The notes beneath the pieces are model-generated. The model was not told the DNA's origin. It saw only the letters and a program-made list of their open reading frames with translations, and ran no database searches. This document shows, one piece after another, positions 11,016-20,313 of a DNA stretch of 64,000 nt. The translations under genes were made by a program, and so were the position numbers. Origin of the DNA: Candidatus Iainarchaeum sp. (GTDB lineage Archaea > Iainarchaeota > Iainarchaeia > Iainarchaeales > JAXPJC01). How positions within the stretch are numbered: position 1 is the first letter of the stretch; each line of letters begins with the position of its first letter. The stretch is taken from NCBI GenBank assembly GCA_016187745.1, contig JACPJC010000003.1, positions 32,001 through 96,000 on the forward strand, in the 5' to 3' direction.

Positions 11016-11735
11016 TCAATCCCCTTTTGTGTTCAATCTCCACCATATCCTGAATGTGTTTGCAAGGGTCTTCGGCCCGTCTTCAAGAACCGAGAATTTC
11101 CCTTCCTCGCGCCTATGCCTGTAGGGAACGGCAATTTCCCTTATCCTCGCGTTTTTCCTGAACAGCTTTGCAAACAGCTCAACATGCACATCAAAGCGGT
11201 TTGCCTTTACGTTAACCCCCTCAAGAATTTTTTTCCTGAAAAGCACGCAGCCGCTCCCCAAGTCCTTTACCGTAATCCCAAAAAGAATCCTGTTTATTAC
11301 ATAATAAACCCTGCTCGGGAGCATGCGCGTAAATGGCAGATCCTTGGGCTTTATTCCCACATATTTGGAGCTTACAACAACATCCGCATTTTTCGCCTCT
11401 TCCACGAGCTTTGGGATTATTGCCGGGGTCAATGAAAGGTCTGCATCGCAGTATATTATGTAAGTGCCCTTTGCAGCATTCCATAATTCCTTAAGCGTGT
11501 ATCCCAGCCCTTTGTTCGGATAGTGCGAAACCGGCCTGAGCCTCCTGTCTTTTTTTGCAATGCGCCGAAGTATTTTCAGCGTGTTGTCCTTGCTGCCGTC
11601 ATTTCCCACAAGTATTTCATAATCAAACGGCATTTTTTTCAGCTCGGCGCTAAGCTTGCTGTAGGTGCTTTCAATTATGTTCTGCTCGTTGTATGCAGGC
11701 ACAATTATTGAAATTTTTTCCATATGTTTCATCAC
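11016..11735 (-). CDS. GT2 glycosyltransferase (polyprenol-phosphate glycosyltransferase-like)
   Basis: IIVPAYNE, NDGSKD, CDADL. Confidence 0.9.
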   Translation of the reverse strand: MMKHMEKISIIVPAYNEQNIIESTYSKLSAELKKMPFDYEILVGNDGSKDNTLKILRRIAKKDRRLRPVSHYPNKGLGYTLKELWNAAKGTYIIYCDADLSLTPAIIPKLVEEAKNADVVVSSKYVGIKPKDLPFTRMLPSRVYYVINRILFGITVKDLGSGCVLFRKKILEGVNVKANRFDVHVELFAKLFRKNARIREIAVPYRHRREEGKFSVLEDGPKTLANTFRIWWRLNTKGD

Positions 11736-12751
11736 TCCCTGATTTCAACCCTTGCGCCATTGTGCGCCAGCGACTGCTCCGCCGCTTCCAATACTTTCAC
11801 AACGCGCAATCCGATTTCCCCTGAGGTTTTTGGCTCCTTGTTCCGCTCAATGCATTCGATGAAGTGCGCCAATTCCGCCTGAAGCGCCTCGGTTTTTTCA
11901 GTTGCTATCGGAACTGCACCCTTATCCCTGTATTCAATGTCTTTTGCTGATTTTGCATTTTCCTGCAGCAAATCAACCCCCTTATCATAGACTGTCAGCT
12001 CGTTCTCCTTTGTGATGTCATACACTAGCATTTTTTTAGTTCCCACAACAGCCATTTCCCTGTCCTTTATGGGATAGAGCCATGAATCGTGCACATTTGC
12101 AATTACCCCATCGGAGTATTCCATGCACAGGTGCGCATCATCAACAATCCCGGGAATGAAATGCGATTTCCCGGAGGCGCTTACCGCTTTCGGCTCCTTC
12201 CCCAGCCAGAAATTTATTATTGAAATGTCATGCGGCGCAAGGTCATACAGGACATCAATCGGATCCAATTGAAACAATCCCAAATTCAGGCGCGAGGAAT
12301 TCACAAAAAGTATTTTTCCCAGTTCCCCCGAATCAATAATCTCCTTTGCCTTATTTACCGCAGAAGTGTATTCAAACGTGTGCCCTGCCATCAGCACAAG
12401 CTTTTTCTCGCGCGCGATTTTAATCAGTTCCTTCGCCTGCTCCGCTGTCTGCGTCAGGGGCTTCTCAATCATTATGTGCTTTCCAGCTTCCAGAGCCTGC
12501 TTTGCAATCTTGTAATGCGTTGTAACCGGAGTGGCAATGACCAGTCCCTTTATGCTTTTGTTTGAAAGCACTGAATCAAAATCAGTTGTTGTTTCTGCCT
12601 TGGGATGCTGGCTCTTTATTGCGTCGCATTTCCCCTCATTCAGGTCGCATGCAATAAGCCTTTCAACTTCCCCAAGCTCCTGCAGCTTAGAAAGGTTCCT
12701 TGCAATTTTAGGCCCCCAATAGCCGAGGCCGATTACAGCAATGCCCGTCAT
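11732..12751 (-). CDS. Gfo/Idh/MocA oxidoreductase (WbpB-like)
   Basis: GLGYWG, IATP..TH, EKP, DLAPHD. Confidence 0.9.
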   Translation of the reverse strand: MTGIAVIGLGYWGPKIARNLSKLQELGEVERLIACDLNEGKCDAIKSQHPKAETTTDFDSVLSNKSIKGLVIATPVTTHYKIAKQALEAGKHIMIEKPLTQTAEQAKELIKIAREKKLVLMAGHTFEYTSAVNKAKEIIDSGELGKILFVNSSRLNLGLFQLDPIDVLYDLAPHDISIINFWLGKEPKAVSASGKSHFIPGIVDDAHLCMEYSDGVIANVHDSWLYPIKDREMAVVGTKKMLVYDITKENELTVYDKGVDLLQENAKSAKDIEYRDKGAVPIATEKTEALQAELAHFIECIERNKEPKTSGEIGLRVVKVLEAAEQSLAHNGARVEIRE

Positions 12752-12864
12752 ACCTTACACTATCCTTCATAAAACAATGAACTTTGCAACATGGCCTGTT
12801 ATGCCTATTATAGTTAAGGAAATTAAGGCAACAAAGGTTTAAAATGCAAATGCCGGCAAATGGT

Positions 12865-12880
12865 TTTGAGGGTTGTACTA
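12865..12880 (-). promoter_or_regulatory. Copy 1 of conserved 16-bp motif TAGTACAANCCTCAAA
   Basis: TAGTACAACCCTCAAA on minus strand, 20 nt upstream of TTTTAAAC. Confidence 0.55.
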
Positions 12881-12883
12881 ATT

Positions 12884-14566
12884 TTATCGCTGTGCCTCAT
12901 AAACCACAAAATTTCCATAGGTAAATGCGATTTCCCCCTGAATTCCGGGTTCAGCATAATACGGGGAGTCAAATGCATAACCCTTCTCAATTACAATATA
13001 TTTTATGCCCTGCTCACGCGCCAGATCATTGATGCATTCAATGCATTTGTTTTCAATTATGTAATCCTGCTTAGTTTTGTTTATCATCATAATGCGCCAA
13101 GCTTTATTTCTAATTACCTGCATATCATTAAAAGCACCGAAGGTATCCCTCGGGAAATAGGCATAGACATCAAACGGAATCTTGTTGGAATACATCGCCT
13201 GCGCAAGCGAATCCTTTGTGAGGAAAAGCGTTTTTTGGAGGGATGGATCAAATTCATAGAAGGCGCGCGCAAATTGATAGCCGTCATAGCTTATTTTTTC
13301 CTCGCCCTTCTGCAATTCCATTATCAGGCTTGAGGAAAAGAAGCTTGCGAGGCATATTATGAGCAAAGCAATTTTGAAGTATCTGCTCTGCGCGATTTTT
13401 GATTTTGCAAGCACGCCTGCGGCAAATACAATTGCAATAATCACAATCAAACTGATGAATCTTGAATGCGCTTCCTTCAGCACAAAGCCCAAAGCCATTA
13501 TTGAATAAATTATTATGCATAGCACAAATAATTTCAGCAGGAATTTTGAATTTATATCAAAGAATTTTTTCCTGTTATGGACAATTAAAACAAGTGCAAT
13601 AACAAATGCTGCGCTCCCTACAATTCCTATCCACAAGGGAACAAAGCGCAGTGCCTCGAAAAGCATCTGCGGCGTTGCTGCGCCCGAGGTTTTCGGAAGC
13701 GCGAGGGAATTTGCTATGTAGACCATAATCGGAACCGCAAGCGAGGGAATTGCGAGCAGTGCGGAGAAAACAAACAGCGAAAGCTTTCTTCCTGCCTCTT
13801 TAAGGCCTGTGCGCAGCAAGAGCACAAGAACGAATATTACTGCAATTAGCGCTGACGCAATGTGCGCCGCTATTGCAACAGGGAAGAATAAATATGCAAG
13901 TTTGCTGCGCTTCAGATACATGTAAGCGGCAAGCAGCGCAAACGCCATTCCCAGAATCAGGGGGTGCATTCCCCAGAAGAAGTTCTGGAATACGATGCGC
14001 GTGCTGATGAAGAGAATTGCAGCAATTTCGCCTGCGTGCTCGTTCCTGAAAAATTCCCTTGCGAAGAGGTAAATTGCAAGCAGTTCAATTGCGGCAATTA
14101 TTGCCCCAATAAATGCATACCACAAATAATCCGGAATTATTGGAAACAAGTCCGAGAACAGCTTCACAAATGAGTGATATGCCACATAATAGCTGAATGA
14201 GACATCAGAATAGGGCGCATAAGTCAATGGAATTTTCTCTGCAAGAAGGCGCGTTATTGTTATCTGCCCTGCATCAATGCTCGCGGAGTAAAAGGGGGTA
14301 ATGAGAAAAACCGAATAAATGCAGAGAACAAACATGATTGCAGAAAGCGCGAAAACCCTTGGCTTTATATCAAGGCTGAAATGAAATTTTTTGTAAATTA
14401 AATAGCTTGCAATTGCGGAAACAACAAAAATAAATATTGAATTTCTCCAGAAATAGCCGAGCCACAAGGAGGTGAGGATTGAGGCTGAAATGAAAATGAG
14501 CGCAAAAAGAAGCGCGGAGTTCGCGAATCCCTTGAATTTCATTAATTTCTCATTCATTGCTTTCAC
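12884..14566 (-). CDS. Multi-pass membrane protein, putative GT-C glycosyltransferase
   Basis: About 12 TM segments with an extracellular loop and soluble C-terminal domain; glycan-cluster context. Confidence 0.6.
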   Translation of the reverse strand: MKAMNEKLMKFKGFANSALLFALIFISASILTSLWLGYFWRNSIFIFVVSAIASYLIYKKFHFSLDIKPRVFALSAIMFVLCIYSVFLITPFYSASIDAGQITITRLLAEKIPLTYAPYSDVSFSYYVAYHSFVKLFSDLFPIIPDYLWYAFIGAIIAAIELLAIYLFAREFFRNEHAGEIAAILFISTRIVFQNFFWGMHPLILGMAFALLAAYMYLKRSKLAYLFFPVAIAAHIASALIAVIFVLVLLLRTGLKEAGRKLSLFVFSALLAIPSLAVPIMVYIANSLALPKTSGAATPQMLFEALRFVPLWIGIVGSAAFVIALVLIVHNRKKFFDINSKFLLKLFVLCIIIYSIMALGFVLKEAHSRFISLIVIIAIVFAAGVLAKSKIAQSRYFKIALLIICLASFFSSSLIMELQKGEEKISYDGYQFARAFYEFDPSLQKTLFLTKDSLAQAMYSNKIPFDVYAYFPRDTFGAFNDMQVIRNKAWRIMMINKTKQDYIIENKCIECINDLAREQGIKYIVIEKGYAFDSPYYAEPGIQGEIAFTYGNFVVYEAQR

Positions 14567-15530
14567 TCAGACCAAGTTTTACGGGCTCTGTTGAAAAGAG
14601 GAGCGCGCCTATGAGCGCGGAGAACCAGTAGCCCGCGAAAAGATAGAGGAGCGAATAGGCGATTGCCATTTCCGGAGCAATAGAATAAAAGCCGAAAAGG
14701 AAAATGAATGCCGCATCCCTTGTGCCTATTCCGGAAATGCTTATCGGAAGCAGGTCAAGCAGCGCTGCTATCGGAACCAGCAAAAACAGGAATATAATCG
14801 GGATTTGGGCATGAAGGTTCAGCGCAATAATTAACATATATGCGAAAACAATCGCAAGAAGCCAGTCGAAAACCGCAATTGCAACCGCCTTGGAAATATG
14901 AATTTTTCCTTTTTTTATCGCATGCGCGAAGGAATCGTAAAAATCATGGAAGCTTGTTTTTAGCTTTTCCTTGTGCTCCATCGGCACAAACATGTTGTAG
15001 AAGGGCCTTGCAATCCTGCCAATGAAATTCCTCCTGAGGAAAAGGAATACAGCTGCAATGAATGCCAGGACAATGAGCGCAAGATAGTGCAAAGGGATTA
15101 CAACAATGTCAAACAGCAGCGCAAAGCCGGCTATTGCAAGCAGGCCCAGCACAAACAGCAGGCTCACATCAATCAGCCTGTCAATAAAAACTGTTGAGAG
15201 CGCCTTTCCCAGGGATTTTGTGTTTTTTTGGAGATAGAACGCGCGGGCAAAATCCCCAATGCGCGCAGGCGTAAAAACAGAAATGAAATAGCCTATGAAA
15301 AACACTTTAATGCATTTAAGCAGTGGAAAATCGGAATCATGCGCCCTTATCACCTGCTGCCACTTAACGCCTTTCATAATCCCCGTAACCAGCGCAATTC
15401 CGAGCGCGGCTGCAAAGAACGCGGGATTTGCATTTGCAAGGATTCCCAGCAGCTTGCTGATGTTGATATTGAGCAGTATGAATGCGAAAAGCGCAATCCC
15501 TATAAGAACGAGAAGCTTCTTTTTCGCCAT
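14550..15530 (-). CDS. UPF0104 / LPG-synthase-TM flippase-like protein
   Basis: FTPARIGDFAR, DRLID, LPISISGIGTRD. Confidence 0.88.
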   Translation of the reverse strand: MAKKKLLVLIGIALFAFILLNINISKLLGILANANPAFFAAALGIALVTGIMKGVKWQQVIRAHDSDFPLLKCIKVFFIGYFISVFTPARIGDFARAFYLQKNTKSLGKALSTVFIDRLIDVSLLFVLGLLAIAGFALLFDIVVIPLHYLALIVLAFIAAVFLFLRRNFIGRIARPFYNMFVPMEHKEKLKTSFHDFYDSFAHAIKKGKIHISKAVAIAVFDWLLAIVFAYMLIIALNLHAQIPIIFLFLLVPIAALLDLLPISISGIGTRDAAFIFLFGFYSIAPEMAIAYSLLYLFAGYWFSALIGALLFSTEPVKLGLSESNE

Positions 15531-15571
15531 TATGCTATAACAGTGCCGCATAATTTAAATAATGCTTCCAG

Positions 15572-15587
15572 TTTGAGCATTGTACTA
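15572..15587 (-). promoter_or_regulatory. Copy 2 of 16-bp motif
   Basis: TAGTACAATGCTCAAA, about 9 nt upstream of TTATTTAAAT. Confidence 0.5.
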
Positions 15588-15636
15588 TTTGTGATAAATT
15601 TATATGCAGATTAATGGAATAATCTTTGAGATTGCA

Positions 15637-16932
15637 ATGAAGATTGTGGAAAAAGCCTGGGGCTCGGAGCAGTGGATTGCAAACAACAGCAAGTACTGCG
15701 GGAAAATCCTTAACCTGAAGCAGGGCTTCCGGTGCAGCAAGCACCTGCACAAGGAGAAGGACGAAACCTTCTATCTGCTTGAAGGGAAAGTTGCGCTTGA
15801 GCTCGGCAATAAGACAATACTGCTGAAGCCGGGCGATTCCGCGCATGTGCTGCAAAACACCCTGCACAGCTTTGCCGGCCTTGAGGACAGCAGGATAATT
15901 GAATTTTCAACAACGCATTCCGATTCAGATTCCTACAGGAAAACCAGAAGCGGGGCAATCCCCTTAAATCCGCTTCTTGCGGAAATGGGGCGGAAGAAAA
16001 TTCTTGTTGTTGGGGATGTGATGCTTGATGAGTTTGTTATTGGAAATGTTGAGCGCATGTCACCCGAAGCGCCTGTTCCTGTAATTAATGTAAAAGAAAC
16101 AAAGCATGCGCTTGGCGGGGCCGCAAACACTGCAAACAATATTTCTGCATTGGGCGCAAAGGCAGTTGTTGCGGGAATGATAGGAAACGATGCGGAAGGG
16201 AAATTGCTCCGCAGGCTGCTTGCAAATGCAGGGATTGATTCCTCAGGATTGATTGTTGCTGAAAGAAAAACAACTAAAAAGAGCAGGCTGCTGGCAGGGG
16301 CGCAGCAGATTGCAAGGATTGACTCTGAAGAAACAGGCGGAATAGGCGGCGCTGAAGAGAAAAAATTAATTAACTTAATAAATAAGAAAATTGCCGGGAT
16401 TGATGCTGTTGTTGTGTGCGATTACAGCAAGGGCGTTGTAACAAAGAATGTTGCGGATTTCCTTTCAGGAATTTGCAAAAGGCACGGCAAGCCCCTGCTT
16501 GTCGATTCAAAGAACTTCATGTCCCTTAAATTCGGGGGCGCTTTTGTGCTGAAGCCGAATGAAAAGGAGCTTGCAAATGAAACTGCAATGAAAATAGATT
16601 CGGAAAGAGCATTTGAGAACGCCGCGAGGAAATTCTATTCCGCGCTGAAGCCGGAATTCCTCATAGTGACGCGCGGGGCAAAGGGAATTTCAGTTTTTGA
16701 TGGGAAGAAATTCAGCAGCATGGGCACAAGGGCCGAAAAAATAGTTGATATCACAGGCGCAGGGGACACTGTAATTGCAGCGCTTGCGCTCGGCGCCGCA
16801 TGCGGCCTTGATGTATTTAGTGCAGTGGAACTGGCAAATTATGCGGCAGGCATAGTGATAAAAAAGCCCGGCACTTCCGTTGCAAGCCCCGAAGAGCTTA
16901 ACAATTTCTTCATGGAAGGGAATTGCAGATGA
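15637..16932 (+). CDS. Cupin (sugar-isomerase-like) fused to heptose-7-phosphate kinase (HldA / RfaE domain I)
   Basis: N-term KAWGSE..CSKHLHKEKDETFY..H cupin; C-term VGDVMLD, R.SPEAPVP, GGAANTA, DYSKG, DITGAGD. Confidence 0.88.
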   Translation: MKIVEKAWGSEQWIANNSKYCGKILNLKQGFRCSKHLHKEKDETFYLLEGKVALELGNKTILLKPGDSAHVLQNTLHSFAGLEDSRIIEFSTTHSDSDSYRKTRSGAIPLNPLLAEMGRKKILVVGDVMLDEFVIGNVERMSPEAPVPVINVKETKHALGGAANTANNISALGAKAVVAGMIGNDAEGKLLRRLLANAGIDSSGLIVAERKTTKKSRLLAGAQQIARIDSEETGGIGGAEEKKLINLINKKIAGIDAVVVCDYSKGVVTKNVADFLSGICKRHGKPLLVDSKNFMSLKFGGAFVLKPNEKELANETAMKIDSERAFENAARKFYSALKPEFLIVTRGAKGISVFDGKKFSSMGTRAEKIVDITGAGDTVIAALALGAACGLDVFSAVELANYAAGIVIKKPGTSVASPEELNNFFMEGNCR

Positions 16933-17453
16933 ACTGCGCGGTATTCCTTGACAGGGACGGAACAATAAATCACGATTACGGGTATGTGCACGAGATAAAA
17001 AAATTCAGATTTCTCCCAAATGCAATAGATGCGCTGAAGAAATTATCGAAAAGCAGATACAGAATAATCATAACAACAAACCAGTCCGGAATAGGAAGGG
17101 GGTATTTCCCTGAGGCGGATTTCATGAGGCTGAGCAAACACATGGCTGATTCACTTAAAAAACAAAATGCGGGGATTGATGCGATTTACTATTGTCCGCA
17201 TTCACCAAAGGAGAACTGCGCATGCAGGAAGCCGAAAACAGCAATGCTTCTTGCAGCAAAGAAGGATTTCAACATAGCACTAAATAAGAGTTTTGTTATA
17301 GGTGATAAATCGGAAGACATTGAGATGGGCAAAAAGGCGGGATGCAGGACAATACTCATAACAACCGAGAGAAGGGAAAAAAATTCAAATGCGGACTTTA
17401 ATGCAAAGGATCTGCTTGAAGCGGCAAAATGCATTCTTGATGGGAAAGCATGA
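16929..17453 (+). CDS. gmhB: D-glycero-D-manno-heptose 1,7-bisphosphate phosphatase
   Basis: FLDRDGTIN, TNQSGIGRG, CPH....C.CRKP, IGDK..D. Confidence 0.9.
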   Translation: MNCAVFLDRDGTINHDYGYVHEIKKFRFLPNAIDALKKLSKSRYRIIITTNQSGIGRGYFPEADFMRLSKHMADSLKKQNAGIDAIYYCPHSPKENCACRKPKTAMLLAAKKDFNIALNKSFVIGDKSEDIEMGKKAGCRTILITTERREKNSNADFNAKDLLEAAKCILDGKA

Positions 17454-17932
17454 ACGGCAAAATAAAAACAATTGAAGAAATTGCGCAGATTGCAGATGCG
17501 CTCAAAAGGCAGGGCAAAAGAATTGTATTTACAAACGGCTGCTTTGATTTGCTGCACTTGGGGCATGTGAAATATCTGCAGCAGTCCAGGGCGCTCGGGG
17601 ATGTGCTGATTCTTGCGCTGAACAGCGATGAGAGTGTGAGGCAGCTTAAAGGGCCTTCGCGCCCGCTTGTTCCCGAAAATGAGCGCGCAGAAATTCTTTC
17701 CGCGCTTGAATGCGTGGATTATGTTGTAATATTCAATGAAAAGCGAATCAACAGGGCATTTGAGGCTGTGAAGCCCCAGATTTATGTGAAGGGCGGGGAT
17801 TACACGATTGACACGCTGGACCAGGACGAAAGGAGAATGATTGAAAAAAGCGGGGCAAAGATCCACATAATCAGGAAAATCGGGAATTACTCAACAACAA
17901 ACATCATAAATAAAATTTCAGGAAGCGCATAA
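17450..17932 (+). CDS. Heptose-1-phosphate adenylyltransferase (HldC / RfaE domain II)
   Basis: FTNGCFDLLHLGH, NSD.SV..LKGP.RP, VKGGDY, STT. Confidence 0.92.
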   Translation: MNGKIKTIEEIAQIADALKRQGKRIVFTNGCFDLLHLGHVKYLQQSRALGDVLILALNSDESVRQLKGPSRPLVPENERAEILSALECVDYVVIFNEKRINRAFEAVKPQIYVKGGDYTIDTLDQDERRMIEKSGAKIHIIRKIGNYSTTNIINKISGSA

Positions 17933-17933
17933 A

Positions 17934-18851
17934 ATGAAGGCTGTTGTTACAGGCGGAGCGGGCTTTATTGGGAGCAATCTTGCGCTTGAGCTGGAGGCGC
18001 AGGGGCATGAAGTGGTTGTAATTGACAATCTGTTCTCGGGGAATATGGCAAACCTTGAGGGATTTTCAGGGGACTTTGTCAATGCGGATATAAGGGAAAT
18101 CAACTGGAATGAAATTGCGGGGGATGCGGATGCAATATTCCACAATGCCGCAATAACCGACACAACAATCCCTGACAAGGAGCTTATGATGGATGTGAAC
18201 GCGCATTCATTTGAAAAGCTGCTTGAATTTGCAATTAAAAAAAATATAAAAGTGATTTATGCAAGCTCCGCTGCCACTTATGGAAGCGGGAAAATGCCTA
18301 TGGAAGAGTCGCAAAAGCCCGCTCCGCTGATTGATTACGGGGCTTCAAAGGTTGAAATGGATAATATTGCGAAAAAATATATTGCAAAATATCCGGATGC
18401 GGAAATAATAGGGCTGCGCTATTTCAATGTTTTTGGGCCAAGGGAAAAATTCAAGGGAAAATCCTCAAGCCTTACTTACCAGTGGATAATTAAAATGCAG
18501 GATCCCGAGGCAAAAACAATAAAGATGTTCAAATTCGGGGAGCATGCGCGGGACCATATCTATGTGAAGGATATTGTAAGCGCGAACCTAAAGGCGCTTG
18601 AATTCAATGGAAGCGATATATTCAATGTTGGAACAGGGATTGGAACCTCATACAACAGGATACTTGAAATTCTCAACGGGCAAATGGGCAAAAACTGCAG
18701 GCCTGAATACATTGATTGCTTCCTGAAAACATACCAGGGATTCACGCAGGCCGATACAACAAAGGCAGAAAAGGAACTGAAATTCAGGGCGCAGTGGAAT
18801 ATTGAAAGGGGAATTGGGGATTATATTGAATTTCTGGGAAAAGAATACTAA
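17934..18851 (+). CDS. hldD: ADP-L-glycero-D-manno-heptose 6-epimerase-like SDR
   Basis: TGGAGFIGSN, YASSAATYG, YG.SK, LRYFNVFGP, YQ.FTQAD; follows gmhB and hldC. Confidence 0.8.
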   Translation: MKAVVTGGAGFIGSNLALELEAQGHEVVVIDNLFSGNMANLEGFSGDFVNADIREINWNEIAGDADAIFHNAAITDTTIPDKELMMDVNAHSFEKLLEFAIKKNIKVIYASSAATYGSGKMPMEESQKPAPLIDYGASKVEMDNIAKKYIAKYPDAEIIGLRYFNVFGPREKFKGKSSSLTYQWIIKMQDPEAKTIKMFKFGEHARDHIYVKDIVSANLKALEFNGSDIFNVGTGIGTSYNRILEILNGQMGKNCRPEYIDCFLKTYQGFTQADTTKAEKELKFRAQWNIERGIGDYIEFLGKEY

Positions 18852-19030
18852 TTCCTCTTCTTTAATTTTCTCCCATGCTTGAGAATTATATCGCCTTCAC
18901 TTGCCACTACAGAGCTAAAGTCTGTGCGCTTTCCTGCATCCTGGATATCTGAGAAAAAGAATTTCTCAATCCCTCTCATAGTTGGCTTTTTATTTCTAGG
19001 CCAAATCTTTCGCAATGTTAATCTTTTCAT
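18848..19030 (-). CDS. Small basic orphan protein (possible remnant)
   Basis: 60 aa, MKRLTLRKIWPRNKKP; fills the gap between the GT9 gene and convergent hldD. Confidence 0.4.
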   Translation of the reverse strand: MKRLTLRKIWPRNKKPTMRGIEKFFFSDIQDAGKRTDFSSVVASEGDIILKHGRKLKKRN

Positions 19031-19040
19031 AATCGTTGCC

Positions 19041-20264
19041 TCATTTCAGCGCCTTCTGCACTTCATTATAAACCTCTTGCACGCTAATCGCCTGCATGCA
19101 CTTGTTGTTGTTGCATGCGCTGTGCCTTTCATTGAATGCGGAAACGCACGGGGCGCAGGCATAATTTGCATAAACCGCCTTGACATTATCCCCGAGCGGA
19201 GCATATACCTTTGGGCTTTCAGGCCCGAACATCACAATTACTTTTGTGCCAGTGATTGAAGCAAAATGGGCAGGCCCTGAGTCATGAGTTATTACAACAT
19301 CTGCTGTGCCCAGAACTTCAATGAACTCATCAAGGGTGAATTTGCCTGTAAGGTCAATGCATTTATCGCTTTTCAGATTATCGCATATTTTTTTCGCATT
19401 CTCGCCACCTGAAGCAATCGTTCCTGTAAGCAGAACAAAAGTATTTGGGGCGCGGAGCAGCATTTTCGCGAGCTTCGCATAATTCCCGGCGGGCCAGGAG
19501 CGCATTGGAATCGCCCAGCTGTAATTAGGGTCAATGACAATCAATTTGCTCCTTTCATTTATTGAGGGGTTTATTGCCTTCAATTTGTTAAGAACTTTCT
19601 GCTTTGCCTCCCTGCTTACCTCAATGTGCTTTCTTTCTATTTTTTCTCTGAAGAGCTGCGCCTTCAGCATTGGAATCTCATTTTGCGGGGCTTTCAGCGA
19701 AAGCGCAAGCGCAAGGAAATTCTGGCTTATGTGCATGTGCGGGTTGTACTGGACCTTGTGCGTGTGGAAATTTCCCCTGTAAAGCCCTTCTGAATAAAAC
19801 CTGTAAAAACCGATTCTGCGCCTTGCGCCTGAAAGGAAGCTTATAATTGCTGTGAAGCGGGAGAACAGTTCAAAATCAATTGTAGTGTCAATGCGCGCAT
19901 TCCATAATTTAGGGAGCAGGGCAAGCGCATCAATAATGAATTCCCCGAATTTCTTGTCCCTTATTGTGAATATGTTTTTTTCCGGAATCAGGCCGAGGAT
20001 TTTGACGCTCTCAACATTGGTTTTGAACACTAGGAAATAGAGTTCGGCTTTCGGATACAACGCTTTAAGGCGCTTCATTGCGTGATACGCCATAACTGTG
20101 CTGCCCATCTCAGAAAGCTCAATGAAAAGCACTTTCTTCGGGGCTTCATTCCAGTCAAGCTTTCCGAAGCCAAGTGCGCGCTTTATGGAACAGATGATTG
20201 AAAGAATTAGGCATATCGGAATTCCCGCCAAATAATCAACATCCCTTACAACCTGGATATTCAT
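19041..20264 (-). CDS. GT9 glycosyltransferase (heptosyltransferase family)
   Basis: SEMGS, IDLTGK.TL, ITHDSGPAHFA, MFGP, C.PC.......C....CM. Confidence 0.9.
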   Translation of the reverse strand: MNIQVVRDVDYLAGIPICLILSIICSIKRALGFGKLDWNEAPKKVLFIELSEMGSTVMAYHAMKRLKALYPKAELYFLVFKTNVESVKILGLIPEKNIFTIRDKKFGEFIIDALALLPKLWNARIDTTIDFELFSRFTAIISFLSGARRRIGFYRFYSEGLYRGNFHTHKVQYNPHMHISQNFLALALSLKAPQNEIPMLKAQLFREKIERKHIEVSREAKQKVLNKLKAINPSINERSKLIVIDPNYSWAIPMRSWPAGNYAKLAKMLLRAPNTFVLLTGTIASGGENAKKICDNLKSDKCIDLTGKFTLDEFIEVLGTADVVITHDSGPAHFASITGTKVIVMFGPESPKVYAPLGDNVKAVYANYACAPCVSAFNERHSACNNNKCMQAISVQEVYNEVQKALK

Positions 20265-20313
20265 TTTGTTTGCTCCGCATTAGTAGAATGCATATTTAGT
20301 TATTAAAACTATT

